DNA of 64,000 nucleotides. It comes from Lama glama (taxonomy: Eukaryota). Position 1 is the first letter of the stretch; every line of letters starts with the position of its first letter. Below are positions 48,894 to 62,029 of this stretch, one piece after another. The notes beneath the pieces are model-generated. The model was given only the letters and a program-made list of their open reading frames with translations, made no database searches and was not told where the DNA came from. Position numbers and translations under genes: made by a program. The stretch is taken from positions 25,050,001 to 25,114,000 of the forward strand of contig CM052818.1 of assembly GCA_028534125.1 (NCBI GenBank), in the 5' to 3' direction.

Positions 48894-49104
48894 TCATCCT
48901 AGTTTTGAAGATAATTTATTAAGCAGCAATAGATAATTACTACAGGGTTATGGATAATGGGATGGAGGATCCTTGCTTTTTCATTGCTCTTTTACTTTAT
49001 ACGTTTCTGAATTTTGCAAATTTTCTACAGTAAGAATATTTTTATTCAATAAAGAAAAAAGTAGTAATAGTCTGATTTATTGAGAAGATGATGTAAGATT
49101 TCAT

Positions 49105-49530
49105 GGAACTGTTGTTTTGGCCCACCTAGCATCCTTCTTCACCCTGTTCTTCTGGTAACAACGCTACCCCTCTTCCTTAGAGAGGCCTTTCCCCCAATTC
49201 CAGGTTGTCCTGATATGGTTGCCAATCAAAGGATAACTTGACTCAGGCTAGAATGATCAGATTTTATCTCCCAATAACGTAAATTTGGAGTACAGGCACA
49301 CAGGGAAAGAAGATATTTAAAACTAGTCATCAGGAGGCAGAATCCTAGCAAGTTTGTTAGGAAACTTTTGTTTCTAAAATCTCTGTAACCTTCCCGGTTC
49401 CTCTTCTTTCCTCTTGGGCATTCAGTAATTCCTTTGAGTCTGTAATTTACTCCTATATGACTCTATAAATCTCTTTCTCATTTAAGTTAATTTCTGTTGG
49501 TTGCAACAAGAGAACTCTAACTGATCCAAA
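49105..49530 (+). mobile_element. Old MaLR LTR (MLT1J/L-like)
   Basis: cccacctagcatcc..cttctggtaaca..; 3' ataaatctcttt..ttaagtta..tttctgttggttgcaacaagagaactctaactgatcca. Confidence 0.6.
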
Positions 49531-49589
49531 TAATAGAAAAAAAATATTCATGGTGTGGGGGGAAGGTTTACCCCTTCAAAAAAAATCCA

Positions 49590-50825
49590 TAAATCTATCA
49601 CTCCAACACAAAAGATTTTTATTTTTTCGTATTACCAATTGGTTCGTTTTTACATAGTTAGAATCGTGGTGTACATATTATCTTACATTTTGATTTTCCT
49701 GCCTAGCATTGTACCTGCAAAATTTTTTAGTGTTCCTACATAGTCTATTCATCATTTTAAATGTATGTAATTATCTCATACAGGTATATCATAATTTATT
49801 AAATCTTGATCCACTGGTTGGATGTTTGAGTTGATTTTAGCCAGCAGATATGATGTTTAAAATGAGCATTTTCACAGCAAGCTGTGTGCTTCTGTTGAAT
49901 TATTTCTTTCCTTAGGATAAATTTACAAAATTGAAAAATGGATCTGCTATGGTGTTATCCTTGATCCTTTCATGCATTTGATGTGTTGTTTTGTAAAGTG
50001 AAAGGTGCTTTTGTGCACAAGTAATCTTCTGTTTTTATGTTTGGATTTCCATTTATAAGATATTCTTAGATTGGGCAAATTCACATGAATAGACTTTACT
50101 TGGTTATAAATTGTGCTCTGTGTTATGACTGTTACACAAGGATTCATGTGATTATAACTATTTAAATACACCTTTGATTGAATGTAACATACATAAATAA
50201 AAATGGCACAAATCGTAAGGGTAGAATCTCAATGAATTTTCACAAAGTAAACACAGCCATATAGCTGGTATGAAGATCACAGAGGACTACTCGCCCCCTA
50301 GAAGCCCCCTCAGGCTTCCACTCAACTATAACCTTCTGTCAGATAACACAATTCTGACTTCTAGTACCATAATTTAATTTCTTCTTTAATTTGAGCTTTT
50401 AAATAAATGTAGCCTTTTGTGTATGGCTTCTTTCACTCAATATTATGTTTATAAGCTTTATCCTTGTGTAGCAATAGTTTGTTCACTCTCATTCTGTGTA
50501 GTATTGCATTGTATAGTTATACATAATTTATTTATCTTGTCTACTGTTGAATGGACATTTGGGTTGTTTGCAAATTTGGTTACTACAAATAGGACTGAAA
50601 TTGTCGGGTCACAGGTTATGCACATGTTCAGCTTTCTTAGAAACTGCCAAACAGGTTTCTAAAGTGGTATGCCATGCCAATTTACATTCTCACCAGCTGT
50701 GTAGGAGAGTTCCGGCTGCTTCACCTCTTCTGATTTTGACTTGTGCTTTTTCATGTGTTTCCTGGTACTTAGATGTTCTCTCTTTTGACATACCTGTTCA
50801 AGTCTCTGACCTATTTTCAGGGGTC
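49590..50825 (-). mobile_element. L1ME-like fragments
   Basis: aatgaattttcacaaagtaaacac, tggcttctttcactcaatattatg, tactgttgaatggacatttggg, agaaactgccaaac. Confidence 0.75.
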
Positions 50826-51911
50826 GGCTTTATTGAGGTATGATTTTCATACAACAAAATTCACCCTTTTGAGTACAAGTCTGTGAATTTTATAAATGTA
50901 TTCTATAACGTAATCATCATCATACTCATGATATAGAATCTTTCCATTACCAGTGGAAGTTCCCTTTTGTCCTTTGAAGTCAATTTCCTTCTCCCACCCT
51001 CTGATTCCTGGCAACACTGACATGTATCCGGTCACTATACCTTTGTTCTTTCTGTAATTTCATATAAATGCAATCACATAGGAAGTAACCCTTTTTGTGT
51101 CTGGCTTCTTTTACTGAGCACAATGCTTTTGAAATTCTATCCATGCCATTCCACGTATCAGTAGTTCATTGGGGTTTTTTTTTATTGCTAAATAGCATTC
51201 CATTTTATGGATATACCACAATTTGTTATCCACTCACCTGTTAATGGGACATTTTGTTGTTTCCCAGTTTGGGTCATTATGAAAAAAAGCTGTAATGAAC
51301 ATTCAAGTACATGAGTTTGTAAATACATATGTTTTCATTTCTCTTAGGTAGATATCTAGGAGCATGATGCTGGGTCCTATGGTAAGTGGTGTATTCATAA
51401 GAAATTGTCAAATTTTTCCAAAGTGACCGTATCATTTACATTCTTACCAGGAATAGATGAGGGTTCTAGTTGCTCGACATCTTTGGCGACACTTGGTACT
51501 GTCAGTGTTGTTAATGTGAAGCCTTCTAATGGGTGTGTAATGGTATCTTATTATGGTTTTAATCCCATTTCCTTGATGACTAATAACGTTGAGCATCTTT
51601 TAATGTGCTTGTTGCCATTAATAAAATATCTATTCAAATCTTTCACCCATTTTATAAATTGAGTTCTTTTATTTTGAGTTCTTATTGAGTTGTATGCATT
51701 CTTTTGTGTTCTTGATACAAGCCTTTTATCAGGTATATTTTATAAATATTGTCTTGCAGACTGTGGTTTGAGTTTTCATTCCTTAACATGGTCTAAAGAT
51801 GAGCAATTATTTTTAATTTGTAAAAAATCAAGTTTATCAATTTTTTTCTTTTATATGTCATGCTCTTTGGGTCCTATTTAAGAAATATTTGCCAAATACA
51901 AGATCACAAAC

Positions 51912-52060
51912 TTTTTTTGTTTTGTTTTGTTTGTTTGTTTGGGGGGGCAGATAAGTATGTTTATTTACTTATTTGCTTATTTAATGGATGTACTTGGGAT
52001 TGAGCCCAGGACTTTGTGCATGCTAAGCACAAACTCTACCACTGAGCTACACCCTCCCCC
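51912..52060 (-). mobile_element. Vic-1-like SINE inside L1
   Basis: gggattgagcccaggac..gcatgctaagcac..ctctaccactgagctacaccctccccc; TSD aagatcacaaac (51900-51911 / 52062-52073). Confidence 0.9.
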
Positions 52061-52314
52061 TAAGATCACAAACATTTTACTCCATCTCTTATTTTAACAA
52101 TCTGACAACAGCTGCATGCTATATTATATAATACCAGTTTTGACCCTTCTTTTAACATCTTTCTTTACTATTTTTTCTTGTCTCATTTTACTGGGTAGGA
52201 TCTCTAGTACAATGTCGAATAGAAATAATAATAGGCACCCTTATCTCATGCCTAACCTCAGAAGAAAAGCTATCATTATTTCACCTATTTGCTAGAGGTT
52301 TTTTAAAGACAGTC

Positions 52315-53790
52315 TATAAGATAGGACACAGGTCTCTCACTGTCAGAACAGGGAGTTTCAAAATATGGGAATGGGGAAAACTAGGATGAACACTGGTGCT
52401 GTATTGGAATTGGAAAAATCCTTACAAAAGAATGGTTTTACATATAGATATACATATAAATACAAACATAATTATGTCTGTGTATATAACTGCATTTATG
52501 TACATATATATTTCCTAGCTCTGTCTATTGGCATAAAAGTAGAGAGAGAGTATACCTAGCACATAAATCTTGGTTTCTAAATATTATTCAATATCATCCT
52601 CCAAAGGAACTAGAGCTCGTTGGGAAAATGGCTGATTCCAGACTTGGGGCAGGAAAAACATGAGATAAGCCTGGAATAGCTTCCAGAGAGTGAGTACGTG
52701 CTCCGAAAAATGATAAGGACATGTCAAAAGTACACAGGAACCAGCCTGAAGGAATTTTAATTCAATAAATCTTGGACAATTTGAACATCAAAACAAGTAC
52801 CAGCAGTAAAAAACTACAACTATATTGAATAAAGTAAAAACCCATGAATTAATATTAATACATTTTAAAAGATAAAATTAACTACAAGATAGGCTGGTGG
52901 GTGGATAGCTGGGGAGAGTCTCTTTTATACTAGAATTCTAACTAATAAATATATAAGGAATGATTGGGTTAGAAAATCATCATTTTGCAATCATCATAGT
53001 GATTATTAATTCTGGAATCATCGAAAGATGTTAAAAATGAGTCTTAAAATATCTCCACATAAAATACTTCGAATTGCATTGGGAAAAATAGTAATTTTAC
53101 AATAGAGGAACTGATAGATACACCTTAACTACATGATTAAAGTCAACATTACCAGTAATAAGACAAACCAACACCATGGGCATCCTGATATAATATACTG
53201 ACACAGATACAATATCACTTCTGTGGTATTCCCACCAAAAATGCATTATCTGAATCTATTCTTGAGGAATCATTAACTGAACTCAATAGAAGTATATTCT
53301 TCAAAACAACAAGCCTGTATTATTCAAAAATTTTATAGTCAGAAACTAAACAGTAAAGATAAAGAAGTATTTTGGATTTTAAAAGACTAAAGTGACATGG
53401 CAACTAATGCAATGTGTGGTCCTGGATTGGATCCTGGACCAGAAAAGATACATTTTTTAAATTATAAAAGATAATATTAGGAAAATTGTTAAGGTTTAGT
53501 AAGGTCTGTAGATTATACGATAATGTTATATCAATGTATCCTCATTTTGGTAGTTTTACTGTGGTTATGCAAGTAAGTTTCCTTGTTTTTAAACAATACA
53601 TACTGAAGTATTTGGGGGATAAAGATATATCTATAACTTAACTCTTAAATGGCTCATAAATAATATAGATAAAGTGAAATAGATAAAACAAATGATACAA
53701 CTTTAAAATCTTGGTGAAGGATATACAGGAGTCCTTTCCTTTTCTGCAACCTTTTTGTAAGTCTACAATTATCGCAAAATAAAAGACTAC
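52315..53790 (+). mobile_element. L1MC/L1MD-like long 3'UTR nested in the antisense L1
   Basis: atcttggtttctaaat..aaaggaactagagctc..ggaaaatggctgattcc..ggacatgtcaaaag..aagactaaagtgacatggcaactaatgcaatgtgtggtcctggattggatcctggaccag. Confidence 0.8.
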
Positions 53791-56529
53791 TGAAAAGAGA
53801 AAAAAAAATTACTAGTTTGCTATGAGTTTTAAATCATGAATGAGATGGATTCTTATGTAATTCTTGTGCAAGGCTATACATTTCAGCCTTTAAAGTTATA
53901 CATTTACCACTAAACACAGATGTAACTGCGTATTAAAATTTTTGATGTCATATTTTCATTATGATTTAGTTCAAAATATTTTCTAATTTCTACTGTGATT
54001 TTTTTCTTTGATGAATTACTTAGAAATATATTGTTTAATTTCTGTGTTATGGGGAATTCTGTAAATGTTGGGTGAAATATTTCATATATATCAATTGTGT
54101 CAATTTTGTTAGTCACATTGTTCAAATGTTATGCATCCTTACTAATTTTTGTCTCCTGTTCTATCAATTTCTAAGAGATGTGTTAAAAGCTTCTAATGTG
54201 ACTGTAGATTTGTCTATTTCTCCTTGAAGTTGTGGCAATTTTTTTCACTTTATGTATTTTGTACTATGTTGCTGGTTGTATGCAAGATTAGAATTGCTAA
54301 ATCTTCCTGATGGGTTAATATTTTTATTATTGTGAAATATCACACTTTATTTCTAATAATGTATCTTTCCTTAAAGTCTACTTTATATGTTATTTATAGC
54401 TATACAAGCTTTCTTTGGGTTAGTGTTTATATAAAATGTCTTTCTATTCTTTTACTTTTAACTATTCTGTGTTATAATTTTAGATTATTACTCTTGTATC
54501 TTTCATAAAAAGCACATATATTTTTAAGACCAGTATGACAATCTTTGTTCTTTACTGGAATATTGTGCCATTTATATTCATGGTAATTAACTGGAGGAGT
54601 AATATATTGGAGTTGACAGCTAACATCTTACTATTTTAGTTTCTATTTATTCTACTTGTTACTTAATCCTTCTTATCATCTTTCTTGCCTTCCTTGGGCT
54701 TAACTGAGTGTTTTATTATTATGTTTTCTTTTACTATTTCTACATTATATTATTTATATATACTTTCACTATCCTCTTAATAGTAACCCTAAAGTTTACA
54801 ATATATACACTTGACTTGTTTCAGCTAAGGATAAATACTTTCACTACTTCTGAGACAATATATCCTTGCCGGCATCCCCATGAGAGGGCTATATCATTCT
54901 GATCCGTTCTTTGTCGGTGGACATGGGTCTTCACCTTTTATGAAAACTGACTCTTATCTGGTTCTCTTCTCCTTCTGGGCTCAAGAGATCCAGATTCTCC
55001 CGAAGTCAAGTCATTCCCATTTTCTTAGAACCCCTTCCAGATAACTGAGTCTTCTGCCTCCCTAAAGGCTCTAGAAAATCACATTTTAACCTTCCCTCTA
55101 GAGAAGCGAAGGGGAAAATACTTCTTATTTTTCTATGACAAGCCCATAGTCAAGAAAACAAGATAGATTTCTTAATCAACTGCCACACCTACTAATATTT
55201 GGGTTTTATGGCCTTGACTTAGAGTGTAATCATAATTAATCACACTGTTTCCATGGGAAATTAATTCAAAGTTATAGACATTTATCCTTTAGGGAACTTT
55301 GAGAACCCAATCTATCCACTGGATATACTCTCTGTATAACAGCATTTTTCTTGCTTCTCTTTATTTAAGGGAAGGAAAAATTGCAGAGACCAATGATAAG
55401 TTTCATTATTACTATAAAAATACTCTGGTCACTGCTTTAAGGCTTTGCTTCAACATTAATGCCTACAAATGATGAGAACATGAGGGAATATACTCTTTCT
55501 CACCAAATTGCAAGATATTTTTGTGTCTTTAGTTTTTCTTCACTGGGGACATAAATGACATAGAGATAGAGAGGGATAATCATTTCAAAGATATAACCTC
55601 CCTAAGGTACACTATAGAGTTAAGAATGCAGTCATAAATACAGATGTAGGTAAGGCTTAATTTAAGGAACTGAATTTTGAGTATTGCAGCACTTAGGCCT
55701 AAGAACCATGAGACAGTGGCCTGGTTTAATAAAACATTACAAAGGTCCATTAGGAAAACTCTCCAGGGACAAAATGGTGGTAGTTTTGAAATAGACCATA
55801 ACAGCTGCTGCTTTTGCTAAAAGTAACCATCCTGATTCCTAAATTTATCTCATTCTGTGATAACCGACTTTTCATTTTGGGGAGAGACAACGTGCTAAAC
55901 CATTTCCTGTGCTCGTTAGCTTTCATCCTGGACTTAATACTAGTCTTTCTTTGAGGTGTCTGATAAGGTGGCTGCCTCAAGTACCAAGCACTTCTTACAA
56001 GATGGACTAAGGGTAAATTGAACTCAAATTTTTTTTTCTCTAAAATCCCTTCCTAATTCCACAGGCGGAACACTTTCGTTTTTCAGTTTCACTGGACCAC
56101 CATTCCCATGTCTAGTCCAATAACAAGGTGTATTTCTATGGGATTATGCAGCATATTGTAAGAGGAAACGTTTTTCCAAAATAAGTTATAAATTTGGCCT
56201 AGGGTTGTCCAAAAACTGGAAATGATCTATAAAACAATTCAATAGTCATAAAATGAATTTTTAAAATCTGCTTTTCCCCATAAGAGCTCATCCACACTTA
56301 ATCATTCAAGAGCTGATTATCCAGAATGTGTAATATACAAACCCGTTATTTCTTCTTTTCCCTTCTGCTGCCTGATTTTTGGTCATTTCACAGCTCATTA
56401 GTATTCTCGCTCTTGGAAAATAAAAGCAAATGTAGCTCAAACTAGTATTTGCAACTTTCTATGTAAAGGTTTTGTAGGAAGGGTTACAATTACTGGTTTA
56501 TATATCGCTTTTCTTTAATAAGTATCTGG

Positions 56530-56900
56530 TTAGGCTCCATTGGGCACCGGGGAAGAATTAAAGATATACAAGATATTGTTCCTATCCTTAGAGCTATTAC
56601 AATATAATTGGAGAAAAAAGGTTTGTGTATAGTAAAGTCAAATATTAATGCAAGACAATATATTATTAACCAACAATATGAAGGAATATGGTCATACATA
56701 CATAGTGTACAAAAGAATTTTATAGACCTATCATGGTTTAGAAAAGGGAGAGCACAGTATGAACTGACAAGATTGTCACAGAAACTCTCAATAAGGTAGT
56801 GAGACTTGAGCTAGGAGAGCTAGACTAGCAAAGAATGGATGGAATTTTAGCATGGGAAAAGCGAAAACAAGAAAATTCTGCGCCAAGTGAAAAACACAAG
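56530..56900 (-). mobile_element. L2 fragment
   Basis: ccattgggcaccgggga..aagatattgttcctatccttagagc..gagacttgagctagg..aagaatggatggaattt. Confidence 0.55.
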
Positions 56901-57089
56901 AAAAATCCCAGAATTCCAGGGTCAAAGACCCACAGATACTTTTAAGTGGACTATTCCAAGCATACAGAGTATAAAAAATAATATAACAAATTCTTTTTTC
57001 TTTCCCACCCAGCTTTGTCATGTATTTGCTTCAGATCCACATTTTTTAAAATACAGATTTGGCTAAAGGCTTCTATGTATTCTATCATT

Positions 57090-57620
57090 GTCCTGCTTTC
57101 TCAGCAGAGGTACAACTATCCTGAATTTGGAGTTTATCATTATCATGAATGGTTTTAAATGTTTATGACAAATGGAAATATGTAGTATTGTGTAATGTGC
57201 TTAAAGTTAATGAAAATGATAGCATACTTTATGTACATTCTGCTACCTTTTTTCACTCAATATTCTATTATTGGAGATTTATGCATATTCTAGTTCTAGT
57301 TCATTTCTTTTAAGTGTAATATTATATTCCACTGTTCATACAATTTACTTATCCATTTTCAGACTGATGAACATTTAGGTTGTTTCCAATTATTTTCCTG
57401 TAATAGACAATGCTTCAATGAACATTCATTTACATGTCTCCTTATGCATATGACAGAGTTTCTTGTACAAATGGAGAAGTGGAATTGTTAGATTGTAAGA
57501 TTTTAAGGACACTTTTAGCTTTAATAGATAATGAAAAATTGCCTTCCAACATGGTTGTACCAATTTATTCTCCTCCCCATAGTGTATGAGATTTTCCATT
57601 TCTTACCTACCTTTGCAACT
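57090..57620 (-). mobile_element. L1ME-like 3'UTR
   Basis: aactatcctgaatttgg..ttttcactcaatatt..tatccatttt..tgatgaacatttaggttgtttcca..ggttgtaccaatttattctcc. Confidence 0.8.
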
Positions 57621-58036
57621 CTGATGACTACATCATAGACATGGAATTGCCAGAGTACCCTGGAGTCAATTCTTCTTGTAAACTAGCTCTCTGTGTAGGT
57701 GATGCTCAGCTTTGGGTCTCACCACGAGCCAGCCCAGTCCAAGATAAGAGGCAAGATCAAACCTCTAAAAGAGAATTGGAGAGCAAAATAGGACTGGTTT
57801 AGGGGTTGAGGATTGGGTGCGTATTGTATTCACTTTTGCATCCCCAATTATCTAATACAACCTGAAACTCAGTACTCAAAGCTCAGTAGATGTTAAATTG
57901 ACTGAAACTAATTGTAATCCCTGATCCCTTTCTGGCTTTCACTCCTCTAAGCGTCAGTTTCCCCATCTGTAAATTAAGGATGGTAATAAATTAAGGAGTC
58001 ACTCCAAAATTAAATAATATATAAATATAAACCCAT

Positions 58037-58420
58037 TTTTAAAATTTTTTATTGAAGTATAGTTGATTTAAAATATTGTGTTAGTTTCAGGTGTACAGTA
58101 AAGTGATTTGGATATATATATTGCTTTTAAAAATTATTTGCCTTTGTAGATTATTACAAGATACTGAATATAGTTCCCTATGCTATACAGTAAATCCTTG
58201 TTGTTTATTTTATATATGGTAGTGTGTATCTGTTAATCCCATATTCCTAATTTATCCCTCCCCCACCTTCCCCTTTGGTAACCATAAGTTTGTATTCTAT
58301 GTCTGTTAGTCTGTTTCTGTTTTGTAAATAAGTTCATTTGTACTGTTTTTTAGATTCCACATTTAAGTGACATCATATGATATTTGTCTTTCTGTCTGAC
58401 TTACTTCACTCAGTATAATC
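58037..58420 (-). mobile_element. Artiodactyl-type L1 3' end
   Basis: tttttattgaagtatagttgattta..gttagtttcaggtgtacag..gaatatagttccctatgctatacagta..ggtaaccataagtttg..tagattccaca..gacttacttcact. Confidence 0.92.
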
Positions 58421-58550
58421 CATGAAAATGTTTATAAATGTTAAAAAGCAATGCAAATTAAATTATAAAAGATTCGAAAGCTGCTTCTGTGTTGTGACTT
58501 CTTAGATTTGACCAGGTAATATTTTAGCAGTTCAAAAGTATTGCCAAATG

Positions 58551-58956
58551 CAAAGCTACAGAAGCAATAAAAAGAGAGTGGTTTCCAGGGGTTTAGGGAG
58601 AGGGAGGGAGAGAGGAATGAATAGATGGAGCACAAGAGATTTTTAGGGCAATGAAATTATTCTGTATGATACTATAGAGGTGGCTACAGGTCATTATGCA
58701 TTTGTCAAAACCCATAGAATGTACAACATGAAGAGTGAACCCTAATGTAAACTATGGACTTTGGTTGATAATCATGTGTCCATGTTGGTTCATCAATTGT
58801 ACCAAATATGCCACACGGATGAGGGATTTTGAGGGTAGTGGAGTATATATGTGTGGGTGGGGAAGGCTATGTGCCAACTCTCTGTATTTTCTGCTCAGTT
58901 CTGCTGTGAACCTGAAACTCCTCTAAAAAATAAAGTCTATTAACTAAAAAAAAAAA
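58551..58956 (+). mobile_element. L1MC1-like 3' end with perfect 17-bp TSD
   Basis: aaacccatagaatgtacaaca..gagtgaaccctaatgtaaactatggacttt; TSD aaaagtattgccaaatg (58534-58550 / 58957-58973). Confidence 0.9.
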
Positions 58957-59509
58957 AAAAGTATTGCCAAATGTCCCATTGGCATTCTTCTTATAACCCT
59001 AATTAGTTTTGGGCTCCCACCTACCTCAGGCTCTTCTCAGGACCACATAAAAAGATACACCGTAATTTTAAAAAGGTATTTCAATCTTTAATTGCAGCTC
59101 TCAAAGAGCATCTATGAGGAACCCATTCACGGTTAGAGCCACACTTGAGTTCCATTCAGTTCTCTCTAGTCCTCAAACATAAATTTCCAAACGCTTTTTC
59201 TAGGACCCAGTTTATTAGGCTTTTCATTATTTTCTCCCTTTTCCCCTTCTTCCAACACCTGAAAAGTTGATTTAGCTCCTTTCTGGATAAATTATCCCCC
59301 TTGTCTTCTCACTTCTGCACTATCATGTCTTCACTAACCTTTCCCTAAATTCCACATCACAAATACATTAAAGAAAGACAAGCTGGAAAATACTTCCTGG
59401 GGAAGAATGGATACATACTCATATTTTAGTAAATCATCCCACAGCATAAAGTCTTGTTATCGAAGTCAGTAACATTATTTTCGCTTTATATGTTTAAAAA
59501 ACAAGGTCA

Positions 59510-59665
59510 GGAGGGAGGCTATAGCTCAAATGGTAGAGCACATGCTTAGCATGCATGAGGTCCTGGGTTCATTCTCCAGTTCCTCCATTAAAAACAAAAC
59601 AAACTAATAATAAATAAATAGACCTAATAATCTCCCCCCACTAAAAAATAAACTAAAAAAAATTT
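59510..59665 (+). mobile_element. Vic-1-like SINE
   Basis: gggaggctatagctcaaatggtagagcacatgcttagcatgcatgaggtcctgggttca; TSD aaaaacaaggtc / aaaaacaagatc. Confidence 0.9.
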
Positions 59666-61754
59666 AAAAACAAGATCCAGAAACATTTTCTGCTCCTGTT
59701 AAGCTGCTCACCATTGCCCTACACTCTCAGATTCTCTTAGCGATCTCATGATTCTACCGTCTTTATTTGTATGACTCAAATTTAGACGTCATGATCTAAT
59801 TTCCTCTTGCACTTTCTAAATCTGTCACTATCCTTGCAATGGCTTCTCCTTAATGCCCTTTCATCTTCTCAAACTTAATATTCCTAAAAGTGAACTCACA
59901 TTCATTCCAAATTTAGTGTTCCCTCAGGACTTCCATGTTTCCATTGTTGGCATTTTGAGAAGCATGTTTCCTGGCCAGGTGTGGTTTTATTAGAAGAAGA
60001 ATGAGGCCAGAGAGACTAATTAAGAGGCCTTGCACCAAGCAGCAAAAAACAGGCTGCACTCAGATTTCCAGACATGGTGTTTTGGGTTTCTTTGGAAGGA
60101 CCAAAGAGGGCTCTCTTTAGGTGAGAGGTAAGCCCTAAACATTGGCATCAGCAACGTAAAAGTGTCATACTTTCAGATATTAAAAGTTAATACAGACATT
60201 TTCAGCTACTGACACCCAGTTAGTGGTGCTGATGTTGAGACAAAGAGAGAGAATGTGTGGAAACGGCTCCACACTTACGCTGGAACAGTATTATTCACAA
60301 ATTTCATATGAGCTTAGCCATTTGTACATGAAATACAAAGCAGCAGGGAGATTGTCATGAGTTTCCTTCCTCTTGTTCCTTTTGCCATGAGAACAATTAT
60401 TCCATCAACACATGTTTAAACTATTTCTGATGGTATCAGACACTCAGCTGGGAACGTTCATACTACCAGATGAGTCTTAATTTAAACATAATTTTTTCTT
60501 AAAAAGTATCTTTAAGTAACCCAGATGATTAGACTCCAGGCTGAAGTTTTGGCTCTAATGCTGAGAGAGGCCTTGATCCAGCTGGGCTTTGCCATAAACT
60601 CAGGACAAGCAAACAGATCTGTTTCCTGGGGGGGGAGATCTGAGTCACTCTGAGAAATAGGTTACCTTCACATCTGCCTTCACCCATGAGCAGGGGGTAA
60701 GGAATAATGAAAAACTCCTGGTACGTTATTTGAATTATTTAACTGAGCTTGCTTGCTTGCTTTTTTTTTTTTTTGTCTGTTTTGATCAAGAAAAACTCTA
60801 GTCCAGGTTTAAACCAAATGAGCAGATTTTTTTTCCCAAAGACATGAACTTTCTAGATCTATGAGGGGATTGCTTTTCAACAGGTTTTGTCAGCAGCAGG
60901 GTAGTGGAGTCCTCCTAAGGGAATAATAATAACTAGAATAAAGCTTCTACAGAAAAGGCCAGCAGGAGAACACTGGGCAGTAATCTACCCTGGAAACACA
61001 GTGTATGTCACCACATCTGTTCTTGGTCAACTTGGTCTGGCCCAACAGTGGCCTCCCTCTGTATTTGGGAGCTAGGGGACAGAGCAATATCCTTTAACTG
61101 AGGGCATCTAAAGGGAATTTTAGGCTAGGTGTTATATGAAAGGGAACCAGGGAAACACTATGCTTTAATCTATCATGGGATAAAAAATGAATATAATGAG
61201 GAGTTTCGTTGATAAGATTATTCAGCACCTCTCTCTCTCTCTCTTACCCAGCCTATACTCAGCATGCACTTACTTACAATCCTCTGATATTTTGTTGTCT
61301 CTTTTTCACAGAGCCTGCACCCCTCAAATTGAGTCTAAAAAGGTATTACCTATAGTGCAGGCCAAAGAGCACCCCCTTGAAATCCTGGCTTCCCAAGAAG
61401 AGGTTCTCGTCTAACTTGTTGGTCTTTGCAAGACCTCACCGGGAAGCAATACTGGGTAGAGGCACTCTATGCTCTGCTTTGTTGGTGCATCAAAGCTGTT
61501 TGGTGATGAGATGACATCTGTCCTGATGAACTGTTGGCAGGGCAGGAACTTTACAGTAGGATCTACGAGACCAGGTTTCTTGTCCCTGTGATGATCTCAT
61601 TCATCAGAGGGGAGCAAATACATTTTTTGGAGATGTTTCCTGACCGGGACGCCAGGTTGGAGCTGAGGATTCTGTAATTATAGATTGTGTTTTGATCCCC
61701 TGGAGTTCGGCAGCACAGTGGCCCTGAGTTTGTTGCAACTATAAAAAAACTGAA

Positions 61755-62010
61755 TCCACGTTTAGGCTACAATATTGTGTTGAGATAATAGGTAGTTATA
61801 ATCCTCCTGTAGTCAGCACTGACCAGACTGCATTTGGAATACTGAGCTCAAGGCTTAGTGCCAGAGTTTGGAAAGATATTAATAATTAAACGAGTCCAAA
61901 TGAGAGGGGTAGAGATGAGATGCATGATGATCATAATGCATGAGAAAGGCTGAAGGGGATCTGGGAGAATATAACTAAGAGGAGCTAGAAGAGCAGAAGA
62001 GGGACTCTGA
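61755..62010 (+). mobile_element. L3/CR1 3' fragment
   Basis: atcctcctgtagtcagcactgaccagactgcatttggaatactg..gagtcca..atgagaaaggctgaagg..ctggg. Confidence 0.65.
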
Positions 62011-62029
62011 ACATCAATAGTTAGGTCAG

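Larger units (their letters stand above)
47975..48944 (+). mobile_element. MLT1F-like MaLR LTR, split by nested insertions
   Basis: agccagcctcca..gtattcac..tgtgtagttccctc..ggcagaagtgatgg..; 3' end resumes at ~48902 ttttgaagataattt..gcagcaatagataattactaca. Confidence 0.85.
50826..54865 (-). mobile_element. Long L1MB/ME-type element (3'UTR plus ORF2 remnants) interrupted by a SINE and a sense L1
   Basis: gctttattgaggtat..aaaattcaccctttt; tccattttatggatataccacaatttg; ctctagtacaatgtcgaatag; ORF 53910-54125(-) IDIYEIFHP and EIRKYFELNHNENMT are L1 ORF2-like. Confidence 0.85.
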
